43,247 nt of DNA from a virus (lineage: Duplodnaviria > Caudoviricetes). The stretch spans positions 1 through 43,247 of the IMG/VR virus record IMGVR_UViG_3300038393_002169; one strand, given 5' to 3'. A model generated the notes under the pieces. The model worked only from the letters and a program-made list of their open reading frames with translations. It was not told the DNA's origin and searched no databases. This document shows positions 24,667 to 33,961 of this stretch, piece by piece (the first letter of the stretch is position 1; every line of letters starts with the position of its first letter). The translations under genes and the position numbers were made by a program.

Positions 24667-26162
24667 GCGCCCATACCCTGCATCTGGGCGACTGCATCGA
24701 CGTGATGCGCGCCATGCCGGACAACAGCGTCGACGCGATCGTGACCGACCCGCCGTACCACCTGACGACGGGGAAGAAGGACGGGAGTGGTCCGGCCAGC
24801 GACAACCCGGATTCGCCGGCAGGGCGCGCGCGGGTCGGCACCGGCTTCATGGGCATGGCATGGGATGGCGGCGACATCGCCCAAAGCGTGGACATGTGGC
24901 GCGAGGCGCTGCGCGTGCTCAAGCCAGGCGGTCACCTGCTCGCGTTCTCCGGATCGCGCACCTACCACCGGATGGCGTGCGCGATCGAGGACGCCGGGTT
25001 CGAGATCCGCGACCAGATCATGTGGGTGTACGGCTCGGGCTTCCCGAAGTCGCTGGACGTGTCCAAGGCGATCGACAAGGCGGCGGGGGCCGAGCGCGAG
25101 GTGCTTGGTGTAGCTGATTCTCGGGGGAGCTTGAAATCGCCCGCGTTCAATACAAGCTGGCGGGGAGCCGAGGGCCGCGACGACATACGTGATCTGAGCA
25201 AAAAAAATATCACCGCCCCCGCCACCGACGCCGCGCGCCAGTGGGGCGGCTGGGGCACCGCCCTGAAACCCTCGCACGAGCCCATTTGCGTTGCGCGCAA
25301 GCCGCTGGTCGGCACCGTGGCAGTGAATGTGCAGGCCTGGGGCACCGGGGCGTTGAACATCGACGGGTGCCGGGTGCCGGTGACCGACGCGGGCTATGCG
25401 CGCAACTGCGCTGGCGATCGCGGCCACGCCGAGAACCGCAAGCGCGACATGGCATTCGGCATGACGGCCGGTAGCGCCCACGAACAAGGCCGCTGGCCCG
25501 CCAACCTGATCCACGACGGCAGCGACGAGGTGGTGGCGCTGTTTCCGGCCGAGGCTGGCGCCGCAGCGCCCGTCCACAAGCGCGGCGGCGACAAGTTCAG
25601 GAACAGCTACGGCAGCTTCGCCGGCAACATCGACGAGGCGGGCAGCACGTTCCGCGGCGACGCCGGCAGCGCGGCGCGGTTCTTCTACTGCGCCAAGGCG
25701 TCGCGCAAGGACCGCAACGAGGGTTGCGAGGCGATGGCCAAAAAGCCGTTGCTGTGGTCGAGCGGCACGCAGAATCCGGGCTCGTTCCAGGCCGAGGGCA
25801 CCGACAAGAGCAGCCAGAATCACCACCCGACCGTCAAGCCGGTATCCCTTATGCAGTATCTGGTGAGGCTGGTGACGCCGCCGGGCGGCACCGTTTTCGA
25901 TCCCTTCATGGGCTCCGGCTCGACCGGCAAGGCGTGCATGCGCGAGGGCTTCCGCTTCGTCGGCGCCGAGCTGAATCCCGAATACCTGGCGATCGCCGAG
26001 GCGCGCATCGCGCACGCGGCGCAGGCGGCCGCACGCGCCGCGCCACCTGTCGTGTCGCCGCAGATCGACCTGTTCGAGCAAGCCAGCGGCAAGCAGCTCG
26101 ACCTGCTGGGTGAAGTGGACGACATCCACGCCTGTTCCTCGGCATACGGGCTGTGCGAGTGA
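24663..26162 (+). CDS. orphan N6A/N4C DNA methyltransferase (beta class)
   Basis: DAIVTDPPY, HPTVKP, DPFMGSGSTG motifs in beta order. Confidence 0.92.
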   Translation: MSAHTLHLGDCIDVMRAMPDNSVDAIVTDPPYHLTTGKKDGSGPASDNPDSPAGRARVGTGFMGMAWDGGDIAQSVDMWREALRVLKPGGHLLAFSGSRTYHRMACAIEDAGFEIRDQIMWVYGSGFPKSLDVSKAIDKAAGAEREVLGVADSRGSLKSPAFNTSWRGAEGRDDIRDLSKKNITAPATDAARQWGGWGTALKPSHEPICVARKPLVGTVAVNVQAWGTGALNIDGCRVPVTDAGYARNCAGDRGHAENRKRDMAFGMTAGSAHEQGRWPANLIHDGSDEVVALFPAEAGAAAPVHKRGGDKFRNSYGSFAGNIDEAGSTFRGDAGSAARFFYCAKASRKDRNEGCEAMAKKPLLWSSGTQNPGSFQAEGTDKSSQNHHPTVKPVSLMQYLVRLVTPPGGTVFDPFMGSGSTGKACMREGFRFVGAELNPEYLAIAEARIAHAAQAAARAAPPVVSPQIDLFEQASGKQLDLLGEVDDIHACSSAYGLCE

Positions 26163-27868
26163 GCGAGCCGACCCCTGACGACTGGTCGCCCGGCGAGCCG
26201 CTGCCGACGGGCTTCGTCCAGATCGCGCTCAGCGGCGACCGCATTCTGGCGCTGTCGCACCTGCGCGATGCGCGCCGCTTGCTGGGGCATCTGCGCGCGG
26301 TGCATGGCATCGACGCGCGCATCGCAGCTGGCGAAGCCGGTGGGTTCTTCAAGCGCACGGTCAGCCTGACCGACGGCACGCGGGTGACCGTGGCCAGCAA
26401 TGACGGCCAGGATACGGTGCGGATCGACGCGCCCGGCCGGGTCGTCCAGGTGGCGCCAACGGTGACCGGCGCACCGGCTGCGCCGGTCGAGCAGGGGGAA
26501 ACGGCGCTGCCGCGGCCACAGGTCGAGGTCAGCCACCTGCCGCCGGTGGTGCCGGTGGTGCCGCAGCAAACCAGGCAGGAGGATGACACGACGGTGGACG
26601 AGGAAACCGTCGAGTACCGGCCCTACCTGTGGATCGGCGTGCGCATCCTTAACAGGCCTGACGACGCCTCCCATGCGATCCATGCCTGCCTATGGGAGCC
26701 GGCGGCGGAGGCGGGCGGCGACTGGCAAATTCTGTCGAACCGCAACGCCCTCGGATACGGGGGCTTCGACTCTGCCACCTATCCGCTGCGTGCATGGACC
26801 CAGTTCACGTCGGAGGACATCGCCTATACCGACCAGCACCTGTTCATGCTGTTGCCGGAGAACGGCTACCCGATGCGGGTGCCCGACTTCAACCCGGCCA
26901 TCGACGACGATGTCGAATGGGACGTGATCTTTATCAGCGACTCGGAGAACGACCTGCAGCTGATCGCCGATGGCGCGCCGATGATCGGCACCGGCTCCGG
27001 CACCTACTACCTGAAACTGATGGTGACCGGGCCGGACTGCCGGCCCGGAGCCGGCGAACATTACCCGCCGCAGGAAGGCCCGCCATACAGCCCGGTGGAG
27101 GTCGAGATCAAGATCATCACCGGCAAGGACCGATACCGCACCGACGCGCAGCACAAGGTCACGATCAGCGAATTCACCACATGCGCCAGTGGCGTCGTGC
27201 CGTTCGGGTACTTTCCGCCCTCCCGACCTGATGATGACAACTGTTACGGCCCCAATCCGCACGCCCCGCACTGGTGGCAGGGCATGGCGGAGGTACAGCT
27301 CGCGCCGGTGCAGATGGGCGTGCCGGAAGACCAGCTGGCGCGCAGCACGACCCGGTTCAGCCGGGACGGCGAGGTCGAGCTGCCGCCCACCGGGTTCGAG
27401 CCCGGCAGCTGGCCCGACATGTGCGTGTTCCACCCGGCGATCATCTACAAGCAGCCGTTCAGGGGGGCGTCTTGCGATTTCCAATGGGACGACGATCAAA
27501 CCTTCACTGACGACCCCTTCAACGACACCGTTTTTGGGATGCGCCACTATACGATGCGCATGCGCACCTTGAAGAAGACCACGACGGTGACTTTCGACCA
27601 GTATTTTGCGCAGAATTGGGAAAACGGCGGGTACGGCCCACCCCACAAAACCACTACGCAAAATAGCCAGTCCACGGAGAGCGGCTGGGAACTGGTGTTC
27701 GACAACACCATCAACTGGGATTCCGTCACCTTTACGGGCATCGACCTGGACGGCTGGCCGGACTGGGTGATGGAGACATGGCTCGACTGGCTACAGAACT
27801 CGGCGAACTGCCCCGAAGGGACAGAGGCGTTCATGCCGACCGGGCCGATGACGTTGGTCCCTTACTGA
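26159..27868 (+). CDS. putative tail/virion protein
   Basis: About 570 aa; N-terminal L.DGT.V.V....QDTVRIDAP pattern; C-terminus has shifted codon usage. Confidence 0.55.
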   Translation: MSEPTPDDWSPGEPLPTGFVQIALSGDRILALSHLRDARRLLGHLRAVHGIDARIAAGEAGGFFKRTVSLTDGTRVTVASNDGQDTVRIDAPGRVVQVAPTVTGAPAAPVEQGETALPRPQVEVSHLPPVVPVVPQQTRQEDDTTVDEETVEYRPYLWIGVRILNRPDDASHAIHACLWEPAAEAGGDWQILSNRNALGYGGFDSATYPLRAWTQFTSEDIAYTDQHLFMLLPENGYPMRVPDFNPAIDDDVEWDVIFISDSENDLQLIADGAPMIGTGSGTYYLKLMVTGPDCRPGAGEHYPPQEGPPYSPVEVEIKIITGKDRYRTDAQHKVTISEFTTCASGVVPFGYFPPSRPDDDNCYGPNPHAPHWWQGMAEVQLAPVQMGVPEDQLARSTTRFSRDGEVELPPTGFEPGSWPDMCVFHPAIIYKQPFRGASCDFQWDDDQTFTDDPFNDTVFGMRHYTMRMRTLKKTTTVTFDQYFAQNWENGGYGPPHKTTTQNSQSTESGWELVFDNTINWDSVTFTGIDLDGWPDWVMETWLDWLQNSANCPEGTEAFMPTGPMTLVPY

Positions 27869-27889
27869 CCCGCACATAGCTTGCCGCAC

Positions 27890-27960
27890 GCCCGCCACGC
27901 GCGGGCTCTTTCATGCCCGCACGAGCGGGCTCTTTGACGCCCGCCACGCGCGGGCGTTGT
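27890..27960 (+). repeat. three tandem GCCCGC-loop-GCGGGC hairpins
   Basis: Copies start at 27890, 27915 and 27939; first two are followed by TCTTT. Confidence 0.85.
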
Positions 27961-27978
27961 CATTTCAGGAGCTTACCA

Positions 27979-29085
27979 ATGTCTGACAGCGCTATCCATG
28001 AGGACGTGCCCGCAGCAGCAGAACCGCAGGAAACCGTAGCAACCACCCCGGCCGCGGAGCCGGTCGAATCCAAACCGATGAAGTCGGCGCGCGAGATCGC
28101 GCTGGAAGAACTGGAAACCCGCCACCAGCAGCAGCTGCTGGCCGAGAACGGCTACAGCCAGGAGGTGCTGGGCGGGGACGAGCCGCCGGCAGCGGCCGAG
28201 CCGGCACCGGCAACCCCGGCAGCGGCCGCCGAACCGGCGCCAGCCCAGGCCGACGACCAGCTGCAGGCGCAGCTGGCCGCCGGCACGCAGCCCGAGGTGC
28301 CGAGCAAGATCAAGATCAAGGTCGACGGCGTCGAGGCCGAGGTGCCGCTCGACGAAGTGGTCAGGCAGTACCAGAAGAACAGCAGCGCAGACCGGCGCCT
28401 GGCCGAGGCCACCCGCCTGCTGCGCGAAGCGCAGGAAACCGCGGCCCAGCGCCTGCTGCAAGAGCAGCAAGCCGCCGCGGCGGCCGCTCCCGCGGCCGCA
28501 GTAAACCCCGAATCCCCGCCCGCCGCCGATCCCGACCGGGAAGCGACGGGCAAGGAATTCCTCAAGGCCCTGTTCGAGGGCGACGAGGAATCCGCGCTGG
28601 CCAAGCTGAATGAGCTGACCCAGGCAGGACGGCAGCAACCGCCACCGGCGGCCGCACCTACCCTCGACCTGGAACAGATCAGCAGCGCGGTCGCGCAGCA
28701 TGTGCAGCAAAAGCTCGTCGTAGAGAGTGCATTGGCACGGAACCGGCAAGACTATCCCGAGCTGTACGCAGACCCCGACATGGAAGGGCTCGCCCTGGCC
28801 AAGATTCAGCGCATGCGCGAAGAAACCGGAACGGATTTCTTCACGGCGCTTGACTCCGTCAGCCGCGAATTCGCCCACAAGTTCGGCTGGTCCGCAGTGC
28901 AGCAGGGCCGTCAATCTGCCGAGCCCGTCGAAACCACATCCCCCCGCGCAGCAAAGCTGGAACGGAAGGCTGGCATCGACAACGTCACGTCAGTCAACAC
29001 CAAAATCACCACCGCCGAACCGCAGCCCGAGAACCCGAGCGACATCATCGCTCAGATGCGGGCCGCACGCGCCGGAGGTCGGTGA
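27979..29085 (+). CDS. capsid scaffolding protein
   Basis: Acidic Ala/Pro/Gln-rich; KIKVDGVEAEVPLDEV...YQK..SAD.RL motif; precedes capsid gene. Confidence 0.8.
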   Translation: MSDSAIHEDVPAAAEPQETVATTPAAEPVESKPMKSAREIALEELETRHQQQLLAENGYSQEVLGGDEPPAAAEPAPATPAAAAEPAPAQADDQLQAQLAAGTQPEVPSKIKIKVDGVEAEVPLDEVVRQYQKNSSADRRLAEATRLLREAQETAAQRLLQEQQAAAAAAPAAAVNPESPPAADPDREATGKEFLKALFEGDEESALAKLNELTQAGRQQPPPAAAPTLDLEQISSAVAQHVQQKLVVESALARNRQDYPELYADPDMEGLALAKIQRMREETGTDFFTALDSVSREFAHKFGWSAVQQGRQSAEPVETTSPRAAKLERKAGIDNVTSVNTKITTAEPQPENPSDIIAQMRAARAGGR

Positions 29086-29114
29086 ATTCCATCACCAACT
29101 TTTAGGAGTACGCA

Positions 29115-30059
29115 ATGGCCGGACAAGTATGGCTGACCAACAGCCTGGGCGGATACATGTGGTCGCCCAACCTTTCCAAAGTGCTGCGCATGTCTGTGCA
29201 GCCGCTCACCAAGTTCCGCCAGTTCGCCGACGTCAAGGACGCGGCTGTGCAGGGCAAGGGCATGGGCGACGCGTTCCACTGGAACGTCTACAGCGACGTC
29301 GCGACCCAGGGCACCACCCTGACCGAAGGCACCGCGATGCCGACCACCAACTTCATCATCACGCAGGGCACGATGACGATCACGGAGGCCGGTAACAGTG
29401 TGCCGTACACGTCGAAACTGGATGACCTGTCGGAGCAACCCGTCAAGGACATCATCAGCAAGGTGCTGAAGAACGACGCGAAGAAGGCGTTCGACATCAT
29501 GTCGGAAGCCCAATTCCGTCTGACCCCGCTGCGCGTGGTCCCGACCGGCGGCACCTCGACCAACTCGGTCACGCTGACCACCAACGGCACCGCCACCGCG
29601 ACCAACAACGTGGCAATGGGCAAGGACCATGTGAAGGCCATCGTCGACATCATGAAGGAGCGCAACATCCCTCCTTACATCGCCGACGACTACATTTCGC
29701 TGGCCCACCCGACCACGTTCCGCCGCCTGAAGAATGACCTGGAAGCGGTCCACCAGTACGTGGATGCCGGTTTCCAGATGATCCTCAACGGCGAGATCGG
29801 GCGCTACGAGTCGGTGCGCTTCGTCGAGCAGACCAACATCGCGAAAGCGACGTGGGTCAACGGTCTGTCGAACTGGGCGTATTTCTTCGGTAACGACACG
29901 GTGGCCGAGGGCATCGTGATCCCCGAGGAGATGCGCGGCGCGATCCCGAGCGACTACGGTCGCCAGCGCGGCATCGCGTGGTACTACCTGGGCGGCTTCG
30001 GCATCGTCCAGACCCAGGCCGCGCAGGCGCGCATCCTGCGCTGGGACTCGGCCGCGTAA
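29115..30059 (+). CDS. major capsid protein (N4-gp56-like, HK97 fold)
   Basis: KFRQFAD, EAGNSVPYT, HPT, GEIGRYESVRFVE, DYGRQRGIAWY; strong RBS. Confidence 0.88.
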   Translation: MAGQVWLTNSLGGYMWSPNLSKVLRMSVQPLTKFRQFADVKDAAVQGKGMGDAFHWNVYSDVATQGTTLTEGTAMPTTNFIITQGTMTITEAGNSVPYTSKLDDLSEQPVKDIISKVLKNDAKKAFDIMSEAQFRLTPLRVVPTGGTSTNSVTLTTNGTATATNNVAMGKDHVKAIVDIMKERNIPPYIADDYISLAHPTTFRRLKNDLEAVHQYVDAGFQMILNGEIGRYESVRFVEQTNIAKATWVNGLSNWAYFFGNDTVAEGIVIPEEMRGAIPSDYGRQRGIAWYYLGGFGIVQTQAAQARILRWDSAA

Positions 30060-30065
30060 GCGGCA

Positions 30066-30100
30066 AGGGCGGCGGGCAGGTTCGCCTGCCTTGCCGCCCT
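30066..30100 (+). other. strong GC hairpin with TTCG loop after capsid gene (mRNA stabiliser/attenuator)
   Basis: AGGGCGGCGGGCAGG-TTCG-CCTGCCTTGCCGCCCT, no T tract. Confidence 0.6.
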
Positions 30101-30214
30101 GTATCAAACAAGATCAGTCCCTTGATCTTAATTGATCCGATCCGCTGTAACCCGCATGGACACTGGCTTGGCGGGGGCCGCAATTGTGCAAACAGACCTA
30201 AATGGAGGCCACAA

Positions 30215-30451
30215 ATGACCGTCGAAAACAGCGAATTGAACACGAGCGGGCCGTTGCCCGGCTCGAATGCCGGCCTGACCGGCGGCACCGGCGACGGCAA
30301 CCGCCTGCTGGTGGCCGACCTGGCGCGTGGCTACACCGATGTCGGCGGCCAGCACATGGTGCTGCCGTCGTTCTGGCTGCAGGAAGGCATGTCGGCGGTG
30401 CCGGACGAACGCAGCGGCTTTCTGACCCGCCCGGCCGGCTGGGAGCGCTGA
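30215..30451 (+). CDS. small hypothetical protein
   Basis: GGAGG RBS; ends GFLTRPAGWER. Confidence 0.7.
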   Translation: MTVENSELNTSGPLPGSNAGLTGGTGDGNRLLVADLARGYTDVGGQHMVLPSFWLQEGMSAVPDERSGFLTRPAGWER

Positions 30452-30723
30452 TGAATGCGGTGCCGCAGGACGCCGAGCTGGTCGACATGACCGATGCCGT
30501 CAACGACTTGTGCGACGAGATCATGGTCGCGATCGAGGACAGCGCACTGGAGCCGGCGGCGGCGCTGTGCGCCTGCATGCAGGTGATCTTTGACCACATC
30601 AGCGACGAAGTCGGCATGGCTACCGTGCGCGACCTGTTCGCGCAATTCGAGTCCAGCTGGCGCGCCGGGCGTGCCGAAGCCGGCTCCCCGTACTACCAAC
30701 CCCACCAAGGAGTATTGCAATGA
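30451..30723 (+). CDS. hypothetical protein
   Basis: TGATG coupling. Confidence 0.6.
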   Translation: MNAVPQDAELVDMTDAVNDLCDEIMVAIEDSALEPAAALCACMQVIFDHISDEVGMATVRDLFAQFESSWRAGRAEAGSPYYQPHQGVLQ

Positions 30724-30980
30724 GCGACGCGAACTACAAACCAGACGGCACCGGCGTGGTCATGGGCGACCGTAAGCCAATGCCGGACCGCGGCACCGGC
30801 ACCGGCATGACCGGCATCCAGACGGTGACCGACGGCAGGAGCCTGGAGCTGGACGCGGTCAACCGCCTCGGCAGCCTGACCGGCACCGACTCGGACCCGA
30901 TGGACGAGTGCTACCCCGACGATCCGACGTTCGGCCCGGCCAAGGGCGACGCGGCCGAGGACAAGGCGGAGGGCTACTGA
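30720..30980 (+). CDS. hypothetical protein
   Basis: AAGGAG RBS, ATGA coupling. Confidence 0.7.
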   Translation: MSDANYKPDGTGVVMGDRKPMPDRGTGTGMTGIQTVTDGRSLELDAVNRLGSLTGTDSDPMDECYPDDPTFGPAKGDAAEDKAEGY

Positions 30981-31225
30981 TGGCCAATCTCGACCGCAGC
31001 AAACCGTACGCCGTCGTCTATTACGATGAACAGGGCCGCGCGTTCGAGCAGGACGGCCGCTTTTTTGATGGCAGCGGCGCCCCGTGGGTCGAGTCGGCGC
31101 CTGCCGGCGTGACTGCGGAGGCGGCGCCGGCCAAGCCGCCCGCGAAGGCGGCGCCGAAGGCCAAACCGGCAGCGGCGACCCCCGCCGACGAGCAATTGGC
31201 TGCGCAGATGGTGGCGGGTGCATGA
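30980..31225 (+). CDS. hypothetical protein
   Basis: LDRSKPY...FEQDGRFFD..G domain plus Ala/Lys/Pro tail. Confidence 0.7.
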   Translation: MANLDRSKPYAVVYYDEQGRAFEQDGRFFDGSGAPWVESAPAGVTAEAAPAKPPAKAAPKAKPAAATPADEQLAAQMVAGA

Positions 31226-32829
31226 TCTGGCGGGCCACTGACCCTGAAGGGAACGAAGCGGCCAAGGTCAAGTACGAGATCGTCCAGTACACGCGCGGCC
31301 TCGGCCTCGATATCGGCTGCGGCCCGCACAAGGCGTTCCCGCACTTCATCGGGGTCGACAGCAAGAAGGACACCGCGTTGTTCGGCATCGAGATGGAGCC
31401 GGACAACGTGGTGGACGACGCCACCCGCCTGCCGCAGGTGCCCGACGAGCGGCTGGATTTCGTGTTTTCGTCACACCTGCTGGAGCACATCGACGACTAC
31501 CAGGCGGCGCTGGCCGAGTGGTGGCGCGTCATCAGAATGGGCGGCCACCTGGTGCTGTACCTGCCGCACCGCGACCTGTACCCGCGCATCGGCCAGCCCG
31601 GCGCCAACATCGACCACAAGCACGATTTCGCGCCCGAGGACATCACGCAGGCAATGGAACAGGTGGCGCCGTCGGCCGGCACCGGCTGGGACCTGGTGGT
31701 CAACGAGGTGCGCGGCGAGCGCAACGAGTATTCGTTCCTGCAGGTGTACCGCAAGGGGCCGGCGCTGGACGGCATGACCCGCTCGTTCCAGCGGCCGCGG
31801 TTTGACAAGACGGCGTGCATCAGCCGTTTCGGCGGCTTCGGCGACATGATCCAGGCCGCCAACCTGCTGCCGGAACTGAAACGGCAGGGCTACCACGTCA
31901 CGTTCAACACGACCCCGAAGGGACAGGACATCCTGCGCCACGACCCGCATATCGACGCGTGGCTAATTCAGGACGACGACCAGGTGCCGAACCACGAGCT
32001 GCCGCTGTTCTGGGCCGCGCAGGCGCGCCGCTTCACCAAGTTCATCCAGTTGTCGGAGTCGATCGAGGGCACGCTGCTGGCGATGCCGGGCCGCGCCAAC
32101 CACATGTGGCCGCATTCGGTGCGCGCGGTGGAACTGAACAAGAATTATCTGGAGTGGCTCAGCCAGCTGGCCGAGCTGCCGTACACGTCGGAAGCGAAGT
32201 TCTACCCGAGCGAGGACGAGGCGGCCGAGGCACGCGCCTACCTGGGCCGGATCGTCGCCGCGCGCAATCCGGCGCTGCTGATCGGCCAGCGCGCGCAGCC
32301 GGTGTTCACGGTCATGTGGGTGCTGTCGGGGTCGTCCATGCACAAGTTCTATCCGTGGATGGACATGGTCATCGCGCGCGTGCTGCTGGAGATGCCGGAC
32401 GCGGTGTTCATCCTGAACGGCGACGAGGCCTGCGCGCTGCTCGAATGCGGCTGGGAGCTGGAGCCGCGCGTGTGGCGCGAGTCGGGCAAGATCGGGATTC
32501 GCGCCTCGCTGACGCTGGCGCGGCAGGTCGACTGCGTGATCGGGCCCGAGACCGGGGTGCTGAACGCGGTGGCGTTCGAGGACAACGCCAAGGTCGTGTT
32601 CCTGTCGCACTCGTCGCACGAGAACCTGACCAAGCACTGGCGCAACACGACGCCGTTGGAGCCGTGGGGACAGCACTGCTACCCGTGTCACCGGCTCCAC
32701 TATGGCAAGGAGTTTTGCGACGAGCACGAGGATACCGGCGCGGCGATGTGCCAGGTGAAGATTACCCCGGACCGCGCCTACGACGCGATCAAGGCCGCCT
32801 ATGCGGCATGGAAGGAACAGCAGCCATGA
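31222..32829 (+). CDS. class I SAM methyltransferase fused to GT9 (heptosyltransferase-like) glycosyltransferase
   Basis: GLDIGCG, FVFSSHLLEH, EWWRVIRMGGHLVLYLP; then RFGGFGDMIQA, DCVIGPETGVLNAV, CYPCHRLH. Confidence 0.85.
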   Translation: MIWRATDPEGNEAAKVKYEIVQYTRGLGLDIGCGPHKAFPHFIGVDSKKDTALFGIEMEPDNVVDDATRLPQVPDERLDFVFSSHLLEHIDDYQAALAEWWRVIRMGGHLVLYLPHRDLYPRIGQPGANIDHKHDFAPEDITQAMEQVAPSAGTGWDLVVNEVRGERNEYSFLQVYRKGPALDGMTRSFQRPRFDKTACISRFGGFGDMIQAANLLPELKRQGYHVTFNTTPKGQDILRHDPHIDAWLIQDDDQVPNHELPLFWAAQARRFTKFIQLSESIEGTLLAMPGRANHMWPHSVRAVELNKNYLEWLSQLAELPYTSEAKFYPSEDEAAEARAYLGRIVAARNPALLIGQRAQPVFTVMWVLSGSSMHKFYPWMDMVIARVLLEMPDAVFILNGDEACALLECGWELEPRVWRESGKIGIRASLTLARQVDCVIGPETGVLNAVAFEDNAKVVFLSHSSHENLTKHWRNTTPLEPWGQHCYPCHRLHYGKEFCDEHEDTGAAMCQVKITPDRAYDAIKAAYAAWKEQQP

Positions 32830-33482
32830 CCCTGGTCGACCTGATCACGCTGTTTCGCAACGAGGTGGACGACGTCACCCAGCCCTATCTATGGTCGGAC
32901 GACGAGGCGGTCGAATTCGCCAACGACGCCCAGCTCGAAGCGAGCCGGCGCGCCCGGCTGCTGGTTGATTCCAGCACGCCGGCCATCACGCGGCTGGCGG
33001 TCAGCGCCGGCGCGGCGTTGCTGACGCTCGACCCGCGCGTGCTGTTCGTGCGCCGCGCGCGCTTTGCCGGCGCGCTGCCGCTACGCCGGATGAACATGCA
33101 GGACATGGAAGCCTACGACCCGTTCTGGCAGGATGCGGCGCCGGGCACGCCGCGCGCGTTCGTGCCCGACTACGAAACCGGCAAGCTGCTGCTGTGGCCG
33201 ACCCCGGACACCGACGGCAATTTGCAGCTGTCGGTGGTGCGCGACCCGCTGGCCGACATGCAAGCGGACGAGGATAGCCCCGAGATCGCGCCGCGCTACC
33301 ACCGCAGCCTGCGCTTCTGGATGATGGCGCGCGCCTACGGCAAGCAGGATTCGCAGGCCAACGATCCGAAGAAGGAGCTGGCCAGCCTGGCGCTGTTCGA
33401 ACAGGAATTCGGCAAGAAGTCGGCGGCGATCGACGAGGCCTGGATCGCGCGCGAGCAGATGGAAGGCGACGGGACGTTTTAG
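32826..33482 (+). CDS. head-tail adaptor/stabilisation protein
   Basis: FRNEVDD..QPYLWSDDE...ANDAQ, LWPTPD, PEIAPRYH...AYGKQD...FEQEFG. Confidence 0.75.
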   Translation: MTLVDLITLFRNEVDDVTQPYLWSDDEAVEFANDAQLEASRRARLLVDSSTPAITRLAVSAGAALLTLDPRVLFVRRARFAGALPLRRMNMQDMEAYDPFWQDAAPGTPRAFVPDYETGKLLLWPTPDTDGNLQLSVVRDPLADMQADEDSPEIAPRYHRSLRFWMMARAYGKQDSQANDPKKELASLALFEQEFGKKSAAIDEAWIAREQMEGDGTF

Positions 33483-33501
33483 CCCAGTCTCGGTGGCGCG
33501 C

Positions 33502-33696
33502 CTAAGCGCCGTGCTGGCGCAGGCAGCGCGATGCGTGGCAGTGGCCAAGGTGGTCGACGAATGCGGGGCCGCAGCCTTCGCACAGCACATGCGCCCCCAA
33601 CCCCTGCGCCGCTTCGTCCGCGGTGATCAGCCCGGCCAGGTCGCGGAAATCCTCGCCGAACACCTCGACGCTGCACTGCTGGCAAAAATCGGCCAT
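33502..33696 (-). CDS. small Cys/His-rich (Zn-binding) protein
   Basis: FCQQCS...LCEGCG...HCH...C. Confidence 0.7.
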   Translation of the reverse strand: MADFCQQCSVEVFGEDFRDLAGLITADEAAQGLGAHVLCEGCGPAFVDHLGHCHASRCLRQHGA

Positions 33697-33700
33697 GTGG

Positions 33701-33958
33701 CTACTCCAGAGTGGTGGCGGTCGGCTCGATGCCGAGCCTGGTGCGCCAGCGGTGGCAGGCGGGCTGCGGCCCGAACACGAACGAGCAGCCGAGCGCCTCC
33801 GCCAGCAGCATATCGTGTATCCAGCCGCTGGAGCCGTTGGCGCCGCCCCACACCTTGACCAGTGCGGTCAGCTCAGCGACTGGGATCGCGCCTTCGATGA
33901 CGACACAGCCAAACATGTGCGCGATAGTGTAGCGGCTTGTGGTGCTTTGATCGCCCAT
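33701..33958 (-). CDS. hypothetical protein
   Basis: Fills minus-strand run. Confidence 0.55.
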   Translation of the reverse strand: MGDQSTTSRYTIAHMFGCVVIEGAIPVAELTALVKVWGGANGSSGWIHDMLLAEALGCSFVFGPQPACHRWRTRLGIEPTATTLE

Positions 33959-33961
33959 CAG

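Noticed and set aside
26159-27868. Diversity-generating retroelement target
   Set aside because: No reverse transcriptase or TR/VR pair seen in the window
27890-27960. Mini-CRISPR interpretation of the hairpin repeats
   Set aside because: Only 7-8 nt separate the hairpins and no cas genes are present
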